A DNA stretch of 46,976 nt, taken from positions 1-46,976 of the forward strand of contig JAJRXW010000266.1 of assembly GCA_024276095.1 (NCBI GenBank), read 5' to 3'. Below the pieces are notes generated by a model, which had not been told where the DNA came from, did no database searches, and worked only from the letters and a program-made list of their open reading frames with translations. The translations under genes and the position numbers were made by a program. Below, one piece after another: positions 25,800-34,279 of this stretch. The DNA is from Gammaproteobacteria bacterium. GTDB taxonomy: Bacteria; Pseudomonadota; Gammaproteobacteria; Steroidobacterales; GCA-2729495. Position 1 is the stretch's first letter; the number at the start of each line of letters is the position of its first letter.

Positions 25800-26837
25800 T
25801 TGGCCAGATGGAAAAACATGTGCCCCGGCAGCTGGTTCGCATCGATTCTGCTGGCCCTGGCTGCCTGGCCGGCCACCGGCCAGGAGGTGGTTGTACTCAG
25901 TAACCTGGATGAGGCGATTGGCTGGCTGGAATCGGAGAACTGGTGGGGCGCAGAAAAGCACGAGCAGCAACTCCAGGTTCCGTACGCAATGATCACGGGC
26001 ATATCGCCGCGCTGGCAAAACACCGCGCAGCAAATTCCGGTGACGCAGAAAAAGGAAGTCTTCTACCGGTTCATGCTGCCGTTGATCATGCATGCCAACA
26101 GCATGGTGCTGGATCGACGCGCGCGACTGACGCGCATCAGAGATACGATGGCCAGCGGCCACCGCCTGGAGCCCGAAGACCTGGACTGGCTGCACCGGAC
26201 CCTGGTCGTGTTGCGCATCGCTGACGAGGATTCTGTCACGAAACTTTCCGGGTCGATCGCCGATTTGTATGAATCGGTCAATCAGGCCCTGTACCGGCTC
26301 GACGTCATTCCGGCCGGGCTGGCTCTCGGTCAGGCAGCTTATGAAAGCGGTTACGGAACATCACGATTTGCTGCGCAGGGTAATGCTCTGTTCGGGCAGT
26401 GGACTTTCGGCGGCAAGGGACTGGTGCCGGAACAGCAACGCAGCAGCCTGGGCGACCACCGGATTGCAAGTTTCCGCTGGCCTTTCGACAGCGTGCGCGC
26501 TTACTTCCTGAATCTGAGCGCCCATCCGGCCTACGAGGATTTTCGCCGCTTGCGGGCCAATCTCAAGGCGGCGGGCAAGCCGGTGACTTCGCTCGCACTG
26601 GCAGACGGACTGATCCGTTACTCGGAGCGCGGTCAGGAATATGTCGATACCCTGAAAAGCATCATTCGCGTGAACGGCCTGGATATTGCCGATCACGCGG
26701 TATTCCGCGATGAGCCCATGCGCTTTCTGGTCGCCACGGAAAATGAAGCAGATGCGGACATTCTGCGCGACCGGATCGAAGCGATGCGGTCATCGGGTGA
26801 ACTCGAGGGCATCATTGCGCGCATGCGCCTGGACTAG
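25800..26837 (+). CDS. Bax-like secreted glucosaminidase-domain protein (peptidoglycan hydrolase family)
   Basis: Signal peptide ...SWFASILLALAAWPATGQ. FlgJ/Bax-type glucosaminidase motif GLALGQAAYESGYGTSRFAAQGNALFGQW. The start could instead be the ATG 18 nt downstream. Confidence 0.7.
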   Translation: MARWKNMCPGSWFASILLALAAWPATGQEVVVLSNLDEAIGWLESENWWGAEKHEQQLQVPYAMITGISPRWQNTAQQIPVTQKKEVFYRFMLPLIMHANSMVLDRRARLTRIRDTMASGHRLEPEDLDWLHRTLVVLRIADEDSVTKLSGSIADLYESVNQALYRLDVIPAGLALGQAAYESGYGTSRFAAQGNALFGQWTFGGKGLVPEQQRSSLGDHRIASFRWPFDSVRAYFLNLSAHPAYEDFRRLRANLKAAGKPVTSLALADGLIRYSERGQEYVDTLKSIIRVNGLDIADHAVFRDEPMRFLVATENEADADILRDRIEAMRSSGELEGIIARMRLD

Positions 26838-26870
26838 CAGCCGGCATTCGCGCCCCGAGCTGCCGGCTGC
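26837..26870. terminator. Perfect 10-bp-stem hairpin between convergent genes
   Basis: GCAGCCGGCA-(14 nt)-TGCCGGCTGC exactly fills the 33-nt gap between the two stop codons. Possible bidirectional terminator, but no U-tract. Confidence 0.35.
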
Positions 26871-27860
26871 TCAGACCGTCACGACGATCTTGCCCTTCTG
26901 CCGGTTGGACTCCATGTACCGGTGCGCATCGGCAATCGCCTTCAATGGAAAAGTGCTGTCAATGACCGGGCTTAACGCGCCGGATTCAAGGCCTGCATAT
27001 ACATACTCCTTGCCACGAGCAAACCGCCCGGCATCGCTTACGATTTCGAACAATGTATAGCCCCGGATGATCAACCCTTTCTGCAGCGCAGGCAGCACGG
27101 GAAAGATCGTCGGTGCCTGCGACAGTGCTCCGTACTCAAAAATGGTTGCACCGGAAGCAGCAGCATTGGCGAGCGTCGTCAGCAAAGCGCCGCCGACAGG
27201 ATCGAAAACAAGCCCGGCTCCTTTCCCGGATGTACCGGCCATCACACGCTCAACCAGGTCTTCCTCATCGGTCACGATCACCTGATCGGCACCCGCATCG
27301 AGTAAAAACTGCTTTTTATCGGCGCCGCGTGTTGTGGCAACAGCCGTTGCGCCGGCCGCCCTGGCGATCTGGATCGCGGCCAGCCCGACACTGCTGCTCG
27401 CAGCGGTGATAACAACGGTGTCATTCCGGTTCAACTGCCCGATATCGACAAGCGCCCCATACGCAGTCAGGTATTGCATCCAGATCGATGCGCCTTCGGC
27501 TGCCGACAGCTGGTCGGGGTAACGAGCCACGGCGTGTCCGGGCACAATGGCACTCTCCCCATAGACGCCGTACTGGCCCATTGAGAAAGAAGGAATCGTG
27601 CTGACCCGGTCGCCCACCTGAATATCGCGAACACCGGGTCCGGTCGCATCGACGATTCCGGCAGCTTCGTAACCGAGCCGTGACGGCAGTTCGGGCGGCT
27701 CCAGGTACTGCCCCATCCGGAACATGACCTCGGCGCGGTTAAGACCGATCGCCTCTACTTTCAGGCGCACCTCTCCCTCCCCCGGTTCCTTCAGCGGCAG
27801 GTCCTCAAGTTTGAGCACGTCGGCACTTCCCGTTTCGTGAAAGCGAACTATCTGGGGCAT
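26871..27860 (-). CDS. NADPH:quinone oxidoreductase / zinc-type alcohol dehydrogenase superfamily protein
   Basis: I prefer the ATG at 27860 (AGGAG 7 nt upstream) over the track start at 28049. MPQIVRFHETGSADVLKLEDLPLKEPGEGEVRLKVEAIGLNRAE, Rossmann AASSSVGLAAIQIA, C-terminal ...HRYMESNRQKGKIVVTV. Confidence 0.85.
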   Translation of the reverse strand: MPQIVRFHETGSADVLKLEDLPLKEPGEGEVRLKVEAIGLNRAEVMFRMGQYLEPPELPSRLGYEAAGIVDATGPGVRDIQVGDRVSTIPSFSMGQYGVYGESAIVPGHAVARYPDQLSAAEGASIWMQYLTAYGALVDIGQLNRNDTVVITAASSSVGLAAIQIARAAGATAVATTRGADKKQFLLDAGADQVIVTDEEDLVERVMAGTSGKGAGLVFDPVGGALLTTLANAAASGATIFEYGALSQAPTIFPVLPALQKGLIIRGYTLFEIVSDAGRFARGKEYVYAGLESGALSPVIDSTFPLKAIADAHRYMESNRQKGKIVVTV

Positions 27861-28186
27861 GTCAAATCTCCTGCCGGGTTTCAATAATCGAAGACGGGGC
27901 GATCCGGATACTGCGACCGGTATCCGTACTGTATCGCGGCAGGCGGTCAACGACCACCTGTTGTCGCAGCCGGACAAACCGAAGAATCGGATTTGCCTAT
28001 TCCGCCATAGCTGATACATTGTGGTTGCCTGGAAGTTCCAGGCCGGCACCCGGTGCAGGCCTGCTTTTCCCGACAGTACCTATCAGGCCAACACGTGATC
28101 TGGATCACACTTTCTTGCCGCATGCTGCAGCATAGTTTTGCGCACAACGCCTGCCGTTCTTCCTCCATGAATAATCCGGAATCAGC

Positions 28187-30106
28187 ATGAACAAAATTCA
28201 GAGTTTTGGTGCGGTTTTTGCCCTGTTCGTCTGGTGCTACGGCGCCAATGCAGCCATTTTCCAGGCCAATCCCGGCAACTACCGGAGTCTGCTCAGCAAT
28301 CTTCAGGCCGGAGATATCCTTGAGCTTGAAGCAGGCACCTACCCGGATGGCCTGCCCATCTCGGGCAGGAACGGTACCGCGGGCAACCGGATCATTATTC
28401 GTGGCCCTGCCAGCGGCAACCCGGCCGTACTGACGGGCAGGGCCTGCTGCAACACCATCCAGATCGAAGACTCGTCCTATATCGATATCAGTAATCTGAA
28501 AATTGACGGGCAAAGCATTGCCGGTATCGATGGCGTCAACAGCCGGGGCATCACACACCATATTACGCTTTCCGACCTGCTGATCGTCGGCCACGGATTC
28601 GACCAAAGCGACGTGGGTATTTCAACCAAAGGAACGGCGTGGAACTGGATCATCAGGCGGTGCCGAATAATTGCGGCAGGTACCGGCATGTACCTGGGCA
28701 ACTCGCCCGGTAATTTTCCGTTTGTCGCCGGCCTGATTGAGAACAACCTGATCCTCGATACCATTGGTTACAACATCCAGATCAAGCAACAGAACCCCCG
28801 CCCGACGAATATCGGCCTGCCGACGGGAGTCAACCGAACGATCATCCGGAACAACGTATTCTCAAAGAAAAACAATGCTTCTTCCGGTGCTGCATCCCGG
28901 CCGAACCTGCTGGTCGGGCATCTCCCCCTGTCGGGTGACGGGCAGGATGACGTCTACGATATCTACGGAAACTTCTTCTACGAAAACCCCAGCGAATCGC
29001 TGTTCCAAGGCGAAGGCAATATCGGACTGTACGGCAATCTGTTTGTCACCTCATCCGGCAATGCCATCAGCATTCGCCCGCATAAGGATGTCCCGCGCGA
29101 GGTACTGGTGTTTCAGAATACCGTTGTCGCATCGGGCACCGGAATCAGGATCACCGGGGGCAACAGCGCTTTCAGCCAGCGCGCCGTCGGCAATGCGGTC
29201 TTTGCGGCCACCCCTGTCAACGCTGCAGACCAGGCCGACAACATCACGGATGGCTACAGCGCAGCGAATAACTACCTGACCGCGCCATTCGCTGCGATCG
29301 GACAACTCGACCTGTACCCGCTGGCCGGTACGCTGAACGGCCAAAGCCTGGTCACCACCAGCTTTACCGGTTACACCGACTGGGAGCTGGATTTTGACGG
29401 CCAGACGCGCGATCAAACGATCCGTGGTGCCTACGGTACCGATGGGCAGAATCCGGGCTGGCAACTTGCCCTCGACATCAAACCGGCAAACGGCTCGGGC
29501 AGCGCTCCGATCGTTACGCTCTCGGCATCGCCGGCAAGCGTCACCACCGGCGGCAATGTGACGCTGAGCTGGTCTTCTCCTGCCGCAGATTCATGTGTGG
29601 CCAGTGGCGACTGGAGCGGCAACAAGGCGATCTCCGGCAGCGAATCGACCGGCCCGCTCACCCAGGTGTCGGCCTACACACTGACCTGCAGCAATTCCTT
29701 CGGCAGCGATTTCAAAACCGTGACCATCCAGGTCAATCCCGTCGACCCGGCGCCCACCATCGACTTCCAGGCGAACCCGGATACCGTCGCCTATGATGGC
29801 TTCACGACTCTGAGCTGGACCGCAAGCAATGCCACCTCGTGCACGGCCAGCGGCGACTGGAGCGGCAATAAAAATGTCATTGACAGCGAGTCTGTCGGCC
29901 CGCTGCAAACCAACAGCAGTTTCACGCAGACCTGTACAGGTGCGGGCGGGCAATCCTCCCGGACCCTGATGGTAACCGTGCAGGACCCGCCGGGGCCCGC
30001 ACCTGCGCCTCCTCCTGCGGCCGGGAGCGGTGGCGGCGGCTCCGGGTTGAGTCTGCTGCTGCTGTTACTTGGAGTAACGGGTTGGGCACAGACCAGACCC
30101 GCGTAG
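28187..30106 (+). CDS. Secreted right-handed parallel beta-helix protein with two Ig-like repeat modules and a GlyGly-CTERM-like tail
   Basis: Signal peptide. Beta-helix repeats (NTIQIEDSSYIDISNLKIDG..., ITLSDLLIVGHG..., GLIENNLILDT...). Two homologous ~85-aa modules (...TLSWSSPAADSCVASGDWSGNKAISGSESTGPL... and ...TLSWTASNATSCTASGDWSGNKNVIDSESVGPL...). Pro/Ala linker, then GSGGGGSGLSLLLLLLGVTGWAQTRPA. Confidence 0.75.
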   Translation: MNKIQSFGAVFALFVWCYGANAAIFQANPGNYRSLLSNLQAGDILELEAGTYPDGLPISGRNGTAGNRIIIRGPASGNPAVLTGRACCNTIQIEDSSYIDISNLKIDGQSIAGIDGVNSRGITHHITLSDLLIVGHGFDQSDVGISTKGTAWNWIIRRCRIIAAGTGMYLGNSPGNFPFVAGLIENNLILDTIGYNIQIKQQNPRPTNIGLPTGVNRTIIRNNVFSKKNNASSGAASRPNLLVGHLPLSGDGQDDVYDIYGNFFYENPSESLFQGEGNIGLYGNLFVTSSGNAISIRPHKDVPREVLVFQNTVVASGTGIRITGGNSAFSQRAVGNAVFAATPVNAADQADNITDGYSAANNYLTAPFAAIGQLDLYPLAGTLNGQSLVTTSFTGYTDWELDFDGQTRDQTIRGAYGTDGQNPGWQLALDIKPANGSGSAPIVTLSASPASVTTGGNVTLSWSSPAADSCVASGDWSGNKAISGSESTGPLTQVSAYTLTCSNSFGSDFKTVTIQVNPVDPAPTIDFQANPDTVAYDGFTTLSWTASNATSCTASGDWSGNKNVIDSESVGPLQTNSSFTQTCTGAGGQSSRTLMVTVQDPPGPAPAPPPAAGSGGGGSGLSLLLLLLGVTGWAQTRPA

Positions 30107-30145
30107 CTGCAAACCGTCTAGTTCAGCGTATTTCGAAAGCCGGAA

Positions 30146-30192
30146 TCCAAAACCAGGTCTCATATAATCCGCTAAAATATTTCCAAAACCAG
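30146..30192 (+). repeat. Direct repeat TCCAAAACCAG x2 flanking a TATAAT hexamer upstream of the histidine kinase gene
   Basis: Exact 11-mers at 30146-30156 and 30182-30192 (36-bp period), with TATAAT at 30163-30168 between them. Confidence 0.45.
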
Positions 30193-30306
30193 ACTGTTAC
30201 AGGCCTTTCTTCATCTCGTATCTGATATTGTTAGGGGCAGATTCCCCTGGCACAGAGGAAAAATAAACCTGGTATTTCAGGCTTGTCTCCGTGAGATAAC
30301 GGCACC

Positions 30307-31683
30307 GTGACGCAGAAAAACAGTATCTATCTCCGCCTGGTCATCCCCCTGGGTGTGACGCTGCTGGTTGCGATGCTGGCCGCCTGGGCCATCGCAGCCT
30401 ATCTCCTGACCCGCGTCATGGAACAAAGACTTGACGAGCAGCTCGGCAATGCGACCTCCATCCTGGCACAGGGCACCTTTCCGCTGACCCCGGATCTCAT
30501 CGCCCGGCTCGATTCACTGATCAGGGCGCGCATCGCCCTGCTTGACTCATCCGGCAGGATCGGCCTGTCTACTGCGCAGGGGCAAGCGGACCCCGCCCTT
30601 GCATCCCTGGTCAATCGCCTGCACGAATTCAGTCAGGCACCGGTGGTATTCCTGACCGAAGAAGCCTCCGGTATCTCCTATCGAATCGCCGTTCGCCCGC
30701 TTGCCGAGGCACGGGACCAGCGCTTCCGGTTCGTGGCAGCCGCCGCCCCGCTTTCGGCGATCCGCGAGGCCTCCGGCAAAGCGGCGCTGCTGCTTGGAGC
30801 AGCGATGCTGTTCGCGACGTTGCTCCTTGCATGGTTCGGAAGCTATTTCACCCGCACGATCACGCGACCGGTAGGCGATCTTGCACAGATGGCCGGACGC
30901 ATCGCCGAGGGTGAGCGGGAGATCGAGAGCGACATCACCGAAGGAAACGAAATCGGCGTGCTGGCGAAGGCATTGAATGACATGACCGTACGGCTCGGTC
31001 GCTACGAGACCGAACTGGCCCGCCAGAGCAGGTTGTCGGGGCTCGGCGATCTCGCTGCCCGCATGGCACATGAGGTCCGTAATCCACTGACAGCAATAAA
31101 AATGCAGCTGCAGCTGCTGGAGGAACGCGCCGGCGACGATGACAGCAGACTGGTGCATGGTCTGCTCGACGAAATTCGCAGACTCGAGATGATCGTTGAA
31201 TCGACTCTTGCGCTGGGCGGTCCAATGAAACTCAACTGTCAGGACCTGAAGCCGGACCGGATCATCGACGAAGTCGTCGAACTGCTTCGGCCAAGCCTCG
31301 AACACCGTGGCATCGATGTGACGATCGAAACAAAGCAGAGCAAACTGGTAAACGCAGACCCTCACAGGCTGAAACAGGTGCTGCTGAACCTGATCAACAA
31401 TGCGGCCGACGAGCTGGGCGACGGTGGAAAAATCCGCATCGGCACGGAGCTTGCCGATGACGGGGATATGCAAATCATCACCGTCGAGGACTCGGGCCCG
31501 GGATTACCGGATGAGGCAGACGGCACTCAAACCTCCAAGCCTTTCGGACTGGGCCTGGGGCTCACCATCTGTCACGAGATCATCCAGCAGCACGGCGGGA
31601 CACTGGAAAAGGGGAGCAGTCCGGCACTGGGCGGTGCAAAATTCACGCTGCGCCTGCCCGCGCTTATAATCGGGACTTCCTGA
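30307..31683 (+). CDS. Membrane sensor histidine kinase (periplasmic sensor-HAMP-HisKA-HATPase)
   Basis: GTG start. Two TM helices flank a ~130-aa periplasmic region. HAMP (TITRPVGDLAQMAGRIAEGE), H-box MAHEVRNPLTAI, N/G boxes (LINNAADE, DSGPGL, GLGLGLTICHEI). Confidence 0.85.
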   Translation: MTQKNSIYLRLVIPLGVTLLVAMLAAWAIAAYLLTRVMEQRLDEQLGNATSILAQGTFPLTPDLIARLDSLIRARIALLDSSGRIGLSTAQGQADPALASLVNRLHEFSQAPVVFLTEEASGISYRIAVRPLAEARDQRFRFVAAAAPLSAIREASGKAALLLGAAMLFATLLLAWFGSYFTRTITRPVGDLAQMAGRIAEGEREIESDITEGNEIGVLAKALNDMTVRLGRYETELARQSRLSGLGDLAARMAHEVRNPLTAIKMQLQLLEERAGDDDSRLVHGLLDEIRRLEMIVESTLALGGPMKLNCQDLKPDRIIDEVVELLRPSLEHRGIDVTIETKQSKLVNADPHRLKQVLLNLINNAADELGDGGKIRIGTELADDGDMQIITVEDSGPGLPDEADGTQTSKPFGLGLGLTICHEIIQQHGGTLEKGSSPALGGAKFTLRLPALIIGTS

Positions 31684-31699
31684 ACAGAGCAATCAAGCC

Positions 31700-33097
31700 A
31701 TGGCCAAGATACTCGTCGCCGACGATGAATACGGAATCTGCGAAGCCTTCTCGGTGCTGTTGACCGCCGAGGGGCACACACCGCTGCTGGCATCGAACGG
31801 CAAAGAAGCCGTTCGCATGGTTCGCGACGAAAAACCTGCCCTGGTATTCATGGATGCGCGGATGCCGGGTGGTGACGGCCTTGATGCGCTGATGGAAATC
31901 CATGCTCTTTCACCCGGGCTGCCGGTCATCATCATGACCGCATTCGGCACACTCGAGACCGCCCGAAAAGCGATGGACCTTGGCGCATTCGACTACCTGG
32001 GCAAGCCCGTCGATCTGGCCAAGGTTCGCGAACTGCTGGCGCAGGGGTTGCATAAACCTGCGTCAGCATCGGCTACGGTGACCGCACACGATGAGACCGG
32101 TAAACCGGCCCTGCTGGGCCAAAGTGCCGCCATGCAGACCCTGTTCAAGCAGATGGCTCTGCTGACGGACAACGAACTGTCCATCCTGATTACCGGTGAA
32201 AGCGGGGTCGGCAAGGAACTGGTCGCACGGGGCATCCATGAACTCGGTCCGCGTGCCGATGACGCCTTCGTTGCCGTTAACTGCGCTGCGATACCGGAAA
32301 CGCTGATCGAAGCAGAACTTTTCGGGCACGAAGCAGGCGCCTTCACCGATGCAAAATCAAGGCGCATCGGCCGTTTCGAGGCAGCCGGTGTTGGCACGCT
32401 GTTCCTGGACGAAATCTCCGAGTTGCCGTTTCATCTCCAGAGCAAGCTTTTGCGTGTACTGCAGGAACGAACTTTTGAGCGCTTGGGCAGTGTCAAGCCC
32501 ATCGACTTTACCGCCCGGCTGATTGCTGCAAGCAATCGTGATCTCGAAGCAGAGATCGCGGCCGGCCGGTTTCGCGAAGATCTCTATCACCGTCTGAATC
32601 TCGCCACGCTGCTGGTTCCTACACTGCGTGACCGGGAGGACGATATCGAACTGCTGGTAACGCACTTTCTTCGCGTGGCCAACGAGGACATCGGCAAAGA
32701 AGTCACCGGTGTCGAGCCCGCTGTCTTCACCCGGCTCCGGGAACACCCCTGGCCCGGTAACGTCCGCGAACTGGAACACTGCATCAAACGCAGCGTACTG
32801 GCCACACGCGGTACCACGCTGACCGTTCACGACCTTGACCTGCCGCCACCGGTCGACAACGCGGGTAGTGACACGAGCCTGAGGAAACTGCTGGCACAGC
32901 AAGCGGCGAAAATAGTGAGGAATCCCGGAGATTACGGCGGCGAAGGAGGTGTCTACTCCCACCTCATTGATGCAGCCGGTCACGAACTCATTCAGGCGGC
33001 CTTGGAGTTGACCGGAGGCAACCAGGTCGCTGCGGCAAAGCTGCTGGGGATCAACCGGACAACATTGAGAAAGCGATTGAGCGAGCCCGGCGCTTAA
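31700..33097 (+). CDS. Sigma-54-dependent response regulator (REC-AAA+-Fis HTH, NtrC family)
   Basis: REC domain (ILVADDE...MDARMPGGDG), AAA+ Walker A GESGVGKE, GAFTDA loop motif, ELFGHE, LFLDEI, and a C-terminal Fis-type HTH (GNQVAAAKLLGINRTTLRKRL). Confidence 0.9.
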   Translation: MAKILVADDEYGICEAFSVLLTAEGHTPLLASNGKEAVRMVRDEKPALVFMDARMPGGDGLDALMEIHALSPGLPVIIMTAFGTLETARKAMDLGAFDYLGKPVDLAKVRELLAQGLHKPASASATVTAHDETGKPALLGQSAAMQTLFKQMALLTDNELSILITGESGVGKELVARGIHELGPRADDAFVAVNCAAIPETLIEAELFGHEAGAFTDAKSRRIGRFEAAGVGTLFLDEISELPFHLQSKLLRVLQERTFERLGSVKPIDFTARLIAASNRDLEAEIAAGRFREDLYHRLNLATLLVPTLRDREDDIELLVTHFLRVANEDIGKEVTGVEPAVFTRLREHPWPGNVRELEHCIKRSVLATRGTTLTVHDLDLPPPVDNAGSDTSLRKLLAQQAAKIVRNPGDYGGEGGVYSHLIDAAGHELIQAALELTGGNQVAAAKLLGINRTTLRKRLSEPGA

Positions 33098-33179
33098 GCC
33101 CGGTTTGCAGCACCGGCGGAAAAAAGACGCCACGACCGGCAGCTGTTACCCTCGATCTGCGGATCATTTATGCACTACA

Positions 33180-33196
33180 TGTACACAATCTGTACA
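33180..33196. promoter_or_regulatory. Tandem TGTACA palindromes: candidate enhancer (UAS) for the sigma-54 activator
   Basis: TGTACA at 33180-33185 and 33191-33196 (11-bp period), about 90 bp upstream of the sigma-54 promoter. An AT-rich tract (33245-33270) lies between them and could bend DNA or bind IHF. Confidence 0.4.
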
Positions 33197-33277
33197 ATAT
33201 TCGCGCAGCACCGACCGAAAAATGCCAGGCGCCGTTGTAGGTCATTGATTTATATATGCTTAATATTATCGTGATGT

Positions 33278-33293
33278 TGGCACGAATCCTGCT
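33278..33293 (+). promoter_or_regulatory. Sigma-54 (-24/-12) promoter
   Basis: TGGCACGAATCCTGCT compared with the consensus TGGCACG-N4-TTGCW: GG and GC are exactly 12 nt apart and only one core mismatch (T to C). It lies just downstream of a sigma-54 activator gene and upstream of a long co-directional operon. Confidence 0.65.
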
Positions 33294-33445
33294 TTATAGA
33301 AGTCGGATACTGTCGACTATGCGCTTCCCATACGATCTGGTGTCCCCACCAAGTTTGCACCGTATCGTAGCGGGCAGGATCTGGCCCCTCCAGGCCCTGC
33401 CGCGACAGAGTCCATGCAGTGGCACCCAGCGCATTTGCACTGGGG

Positions 33446-33469
33446 AAGCGCGTTCGATTGAACGCGCTT
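33446..33469 (+). other. Perfect 10-bp hairpin in the leader of the sigma-54 operon
   Basis: AAGCGCGTTC-gatt-GAACGCGCTT followed by TTG. It lies ~140 nt after the predicted start site and ~125 nt before the first credible start codon. Possible attenuator or processing/stability element. Confidence 0.35.
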
Positions 33470-33594
33470 TTGCCCTGCCTATCCGGACAGAGAATCCCGA
33501 TAACACTGCCGGAGACAAGATCAGGCAAAGGAAAAGCACCATTTGGAAGATAAGCGGGAAACGGCGGATCGGCTCCGGCGGCGCGTACCGGGAA

Positions 33595-34272
33595 ATGCTG
33601 CCGATTACGCTGATCTTCCTGACCCTGCTTATGTCAAAGTTTCTCTTCGTAATCCCCGAAGGGCCTGCCTATCCGGCCTTATCGACACTGGTTCTCGCGG
33701 CGAGTACCTGGTTCGCAGGGATACTGTTTCTACCCCCGGCCGATCACCCTCGACAGGCTGGCCACGGAACTCTGGCGGTTTTGATCTGGTGCCTCAAGCT
33801 GGTGTTCGTATTTCTGGCGCTGGCAGTCCTGGATCCTGCCAGCCGGTCGATACTCCCGCTGCTTCCGCGGGTGGCAGCGACATTGTTTCTCCTGCTGTCG
33901 CTGAGCCTGTTACTTACAACCAGGATTACCGCGCGATTTACCGACAGCCGGCAGGTCGTCGCCGGAATCGCTGCGGCACTCGCCGCCCTGCCTGTCTGGC
34001 TGGGTCCGTTGGTGGAATTTTCCGGCAATGCGCCTTTGCTGACCAATACCCTGGTCGGCGCGAGTCCCATCACCGTCTTTGCCGTTGCGCTGGACCTGGA
34101 CTACCTGCGAACGACCTGGTTCTATGCCCACAGCGCACTCGGTTCGCTCCGCTATGATTATCTATCCTGGTCAGCCTATGCCACGGGTTTCGTTATTGTC
34201 ATTGCCGGACTTGTTCTGGCAGCATTGCGAGCAGACAACAGGCCCGTTTTCATTTCATCAGAAAAAGAGTAA
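33595..34272 (+). CDS. Polytopic inner-membrane protein, unknown family (first gene of the sigma-54 operon)
   Basis: The track ORF opens at 33256, but its first ~113 codons have non-protein-like composition and include the promoter. From M114 (MLPITLIFLTLLMSKFLFV...) the product is ~225 aa with about 6-7 hydrophobic helices. The start is uncertain. Confidence 0.5.
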   Translation: MLPITLIFLTLLMSKFLFVIPEGPAYPALSTLVLAASTWFAGILFLPPADHPRQAGHGTLAVLIWCLKLVFVFLALAVLDPASRSILPLLPRVAATLFLLLSLSLLLTTRITARFTDSRQVVAGIAAALAALPVWLGPLVEFSGNAPLLTNTLVGASPITVFAVALDLDYLRTTWFYAHSALGSLRYDYLSWSAYATGFVIVIAGLVLAALRADNRPVFISSEKE

Positions 34273-34279
34273 GCGCCCC

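Noticed and set aside
33420-33439. A second sigma-54-like element, TGGCACCCAGCGCATTTGCA.
   Set aside because: GG and GC are 16 nt apart rather than the required 12, so it cannot be a functional -24/-12 promoter.
33446-33469. tRNA-like T-arm (GTTCGATT) in the leader hairpin.
   Set aside because: The stem is 10 bp with a 4-nt loop, not a 5-bp stem with a 7-nt loop. No acceptor, D or anticodon arms can be drawn around it.
33256-33594. The upstream 113 codons of track ORF 33256..34272 as real coding sequence (a 338-aa protein).
   Set aside because: This part covers the AT-rich tract and the sigma-54 promoter itself. Its translation is basic and low-complexity (RILLYRSRILS..., QRKSTIWKISGKRRIGSGG) with no hydrophobic or domain pattern. 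The membrane-protein character starts only at M114. Kept as an open question in the leader finding.
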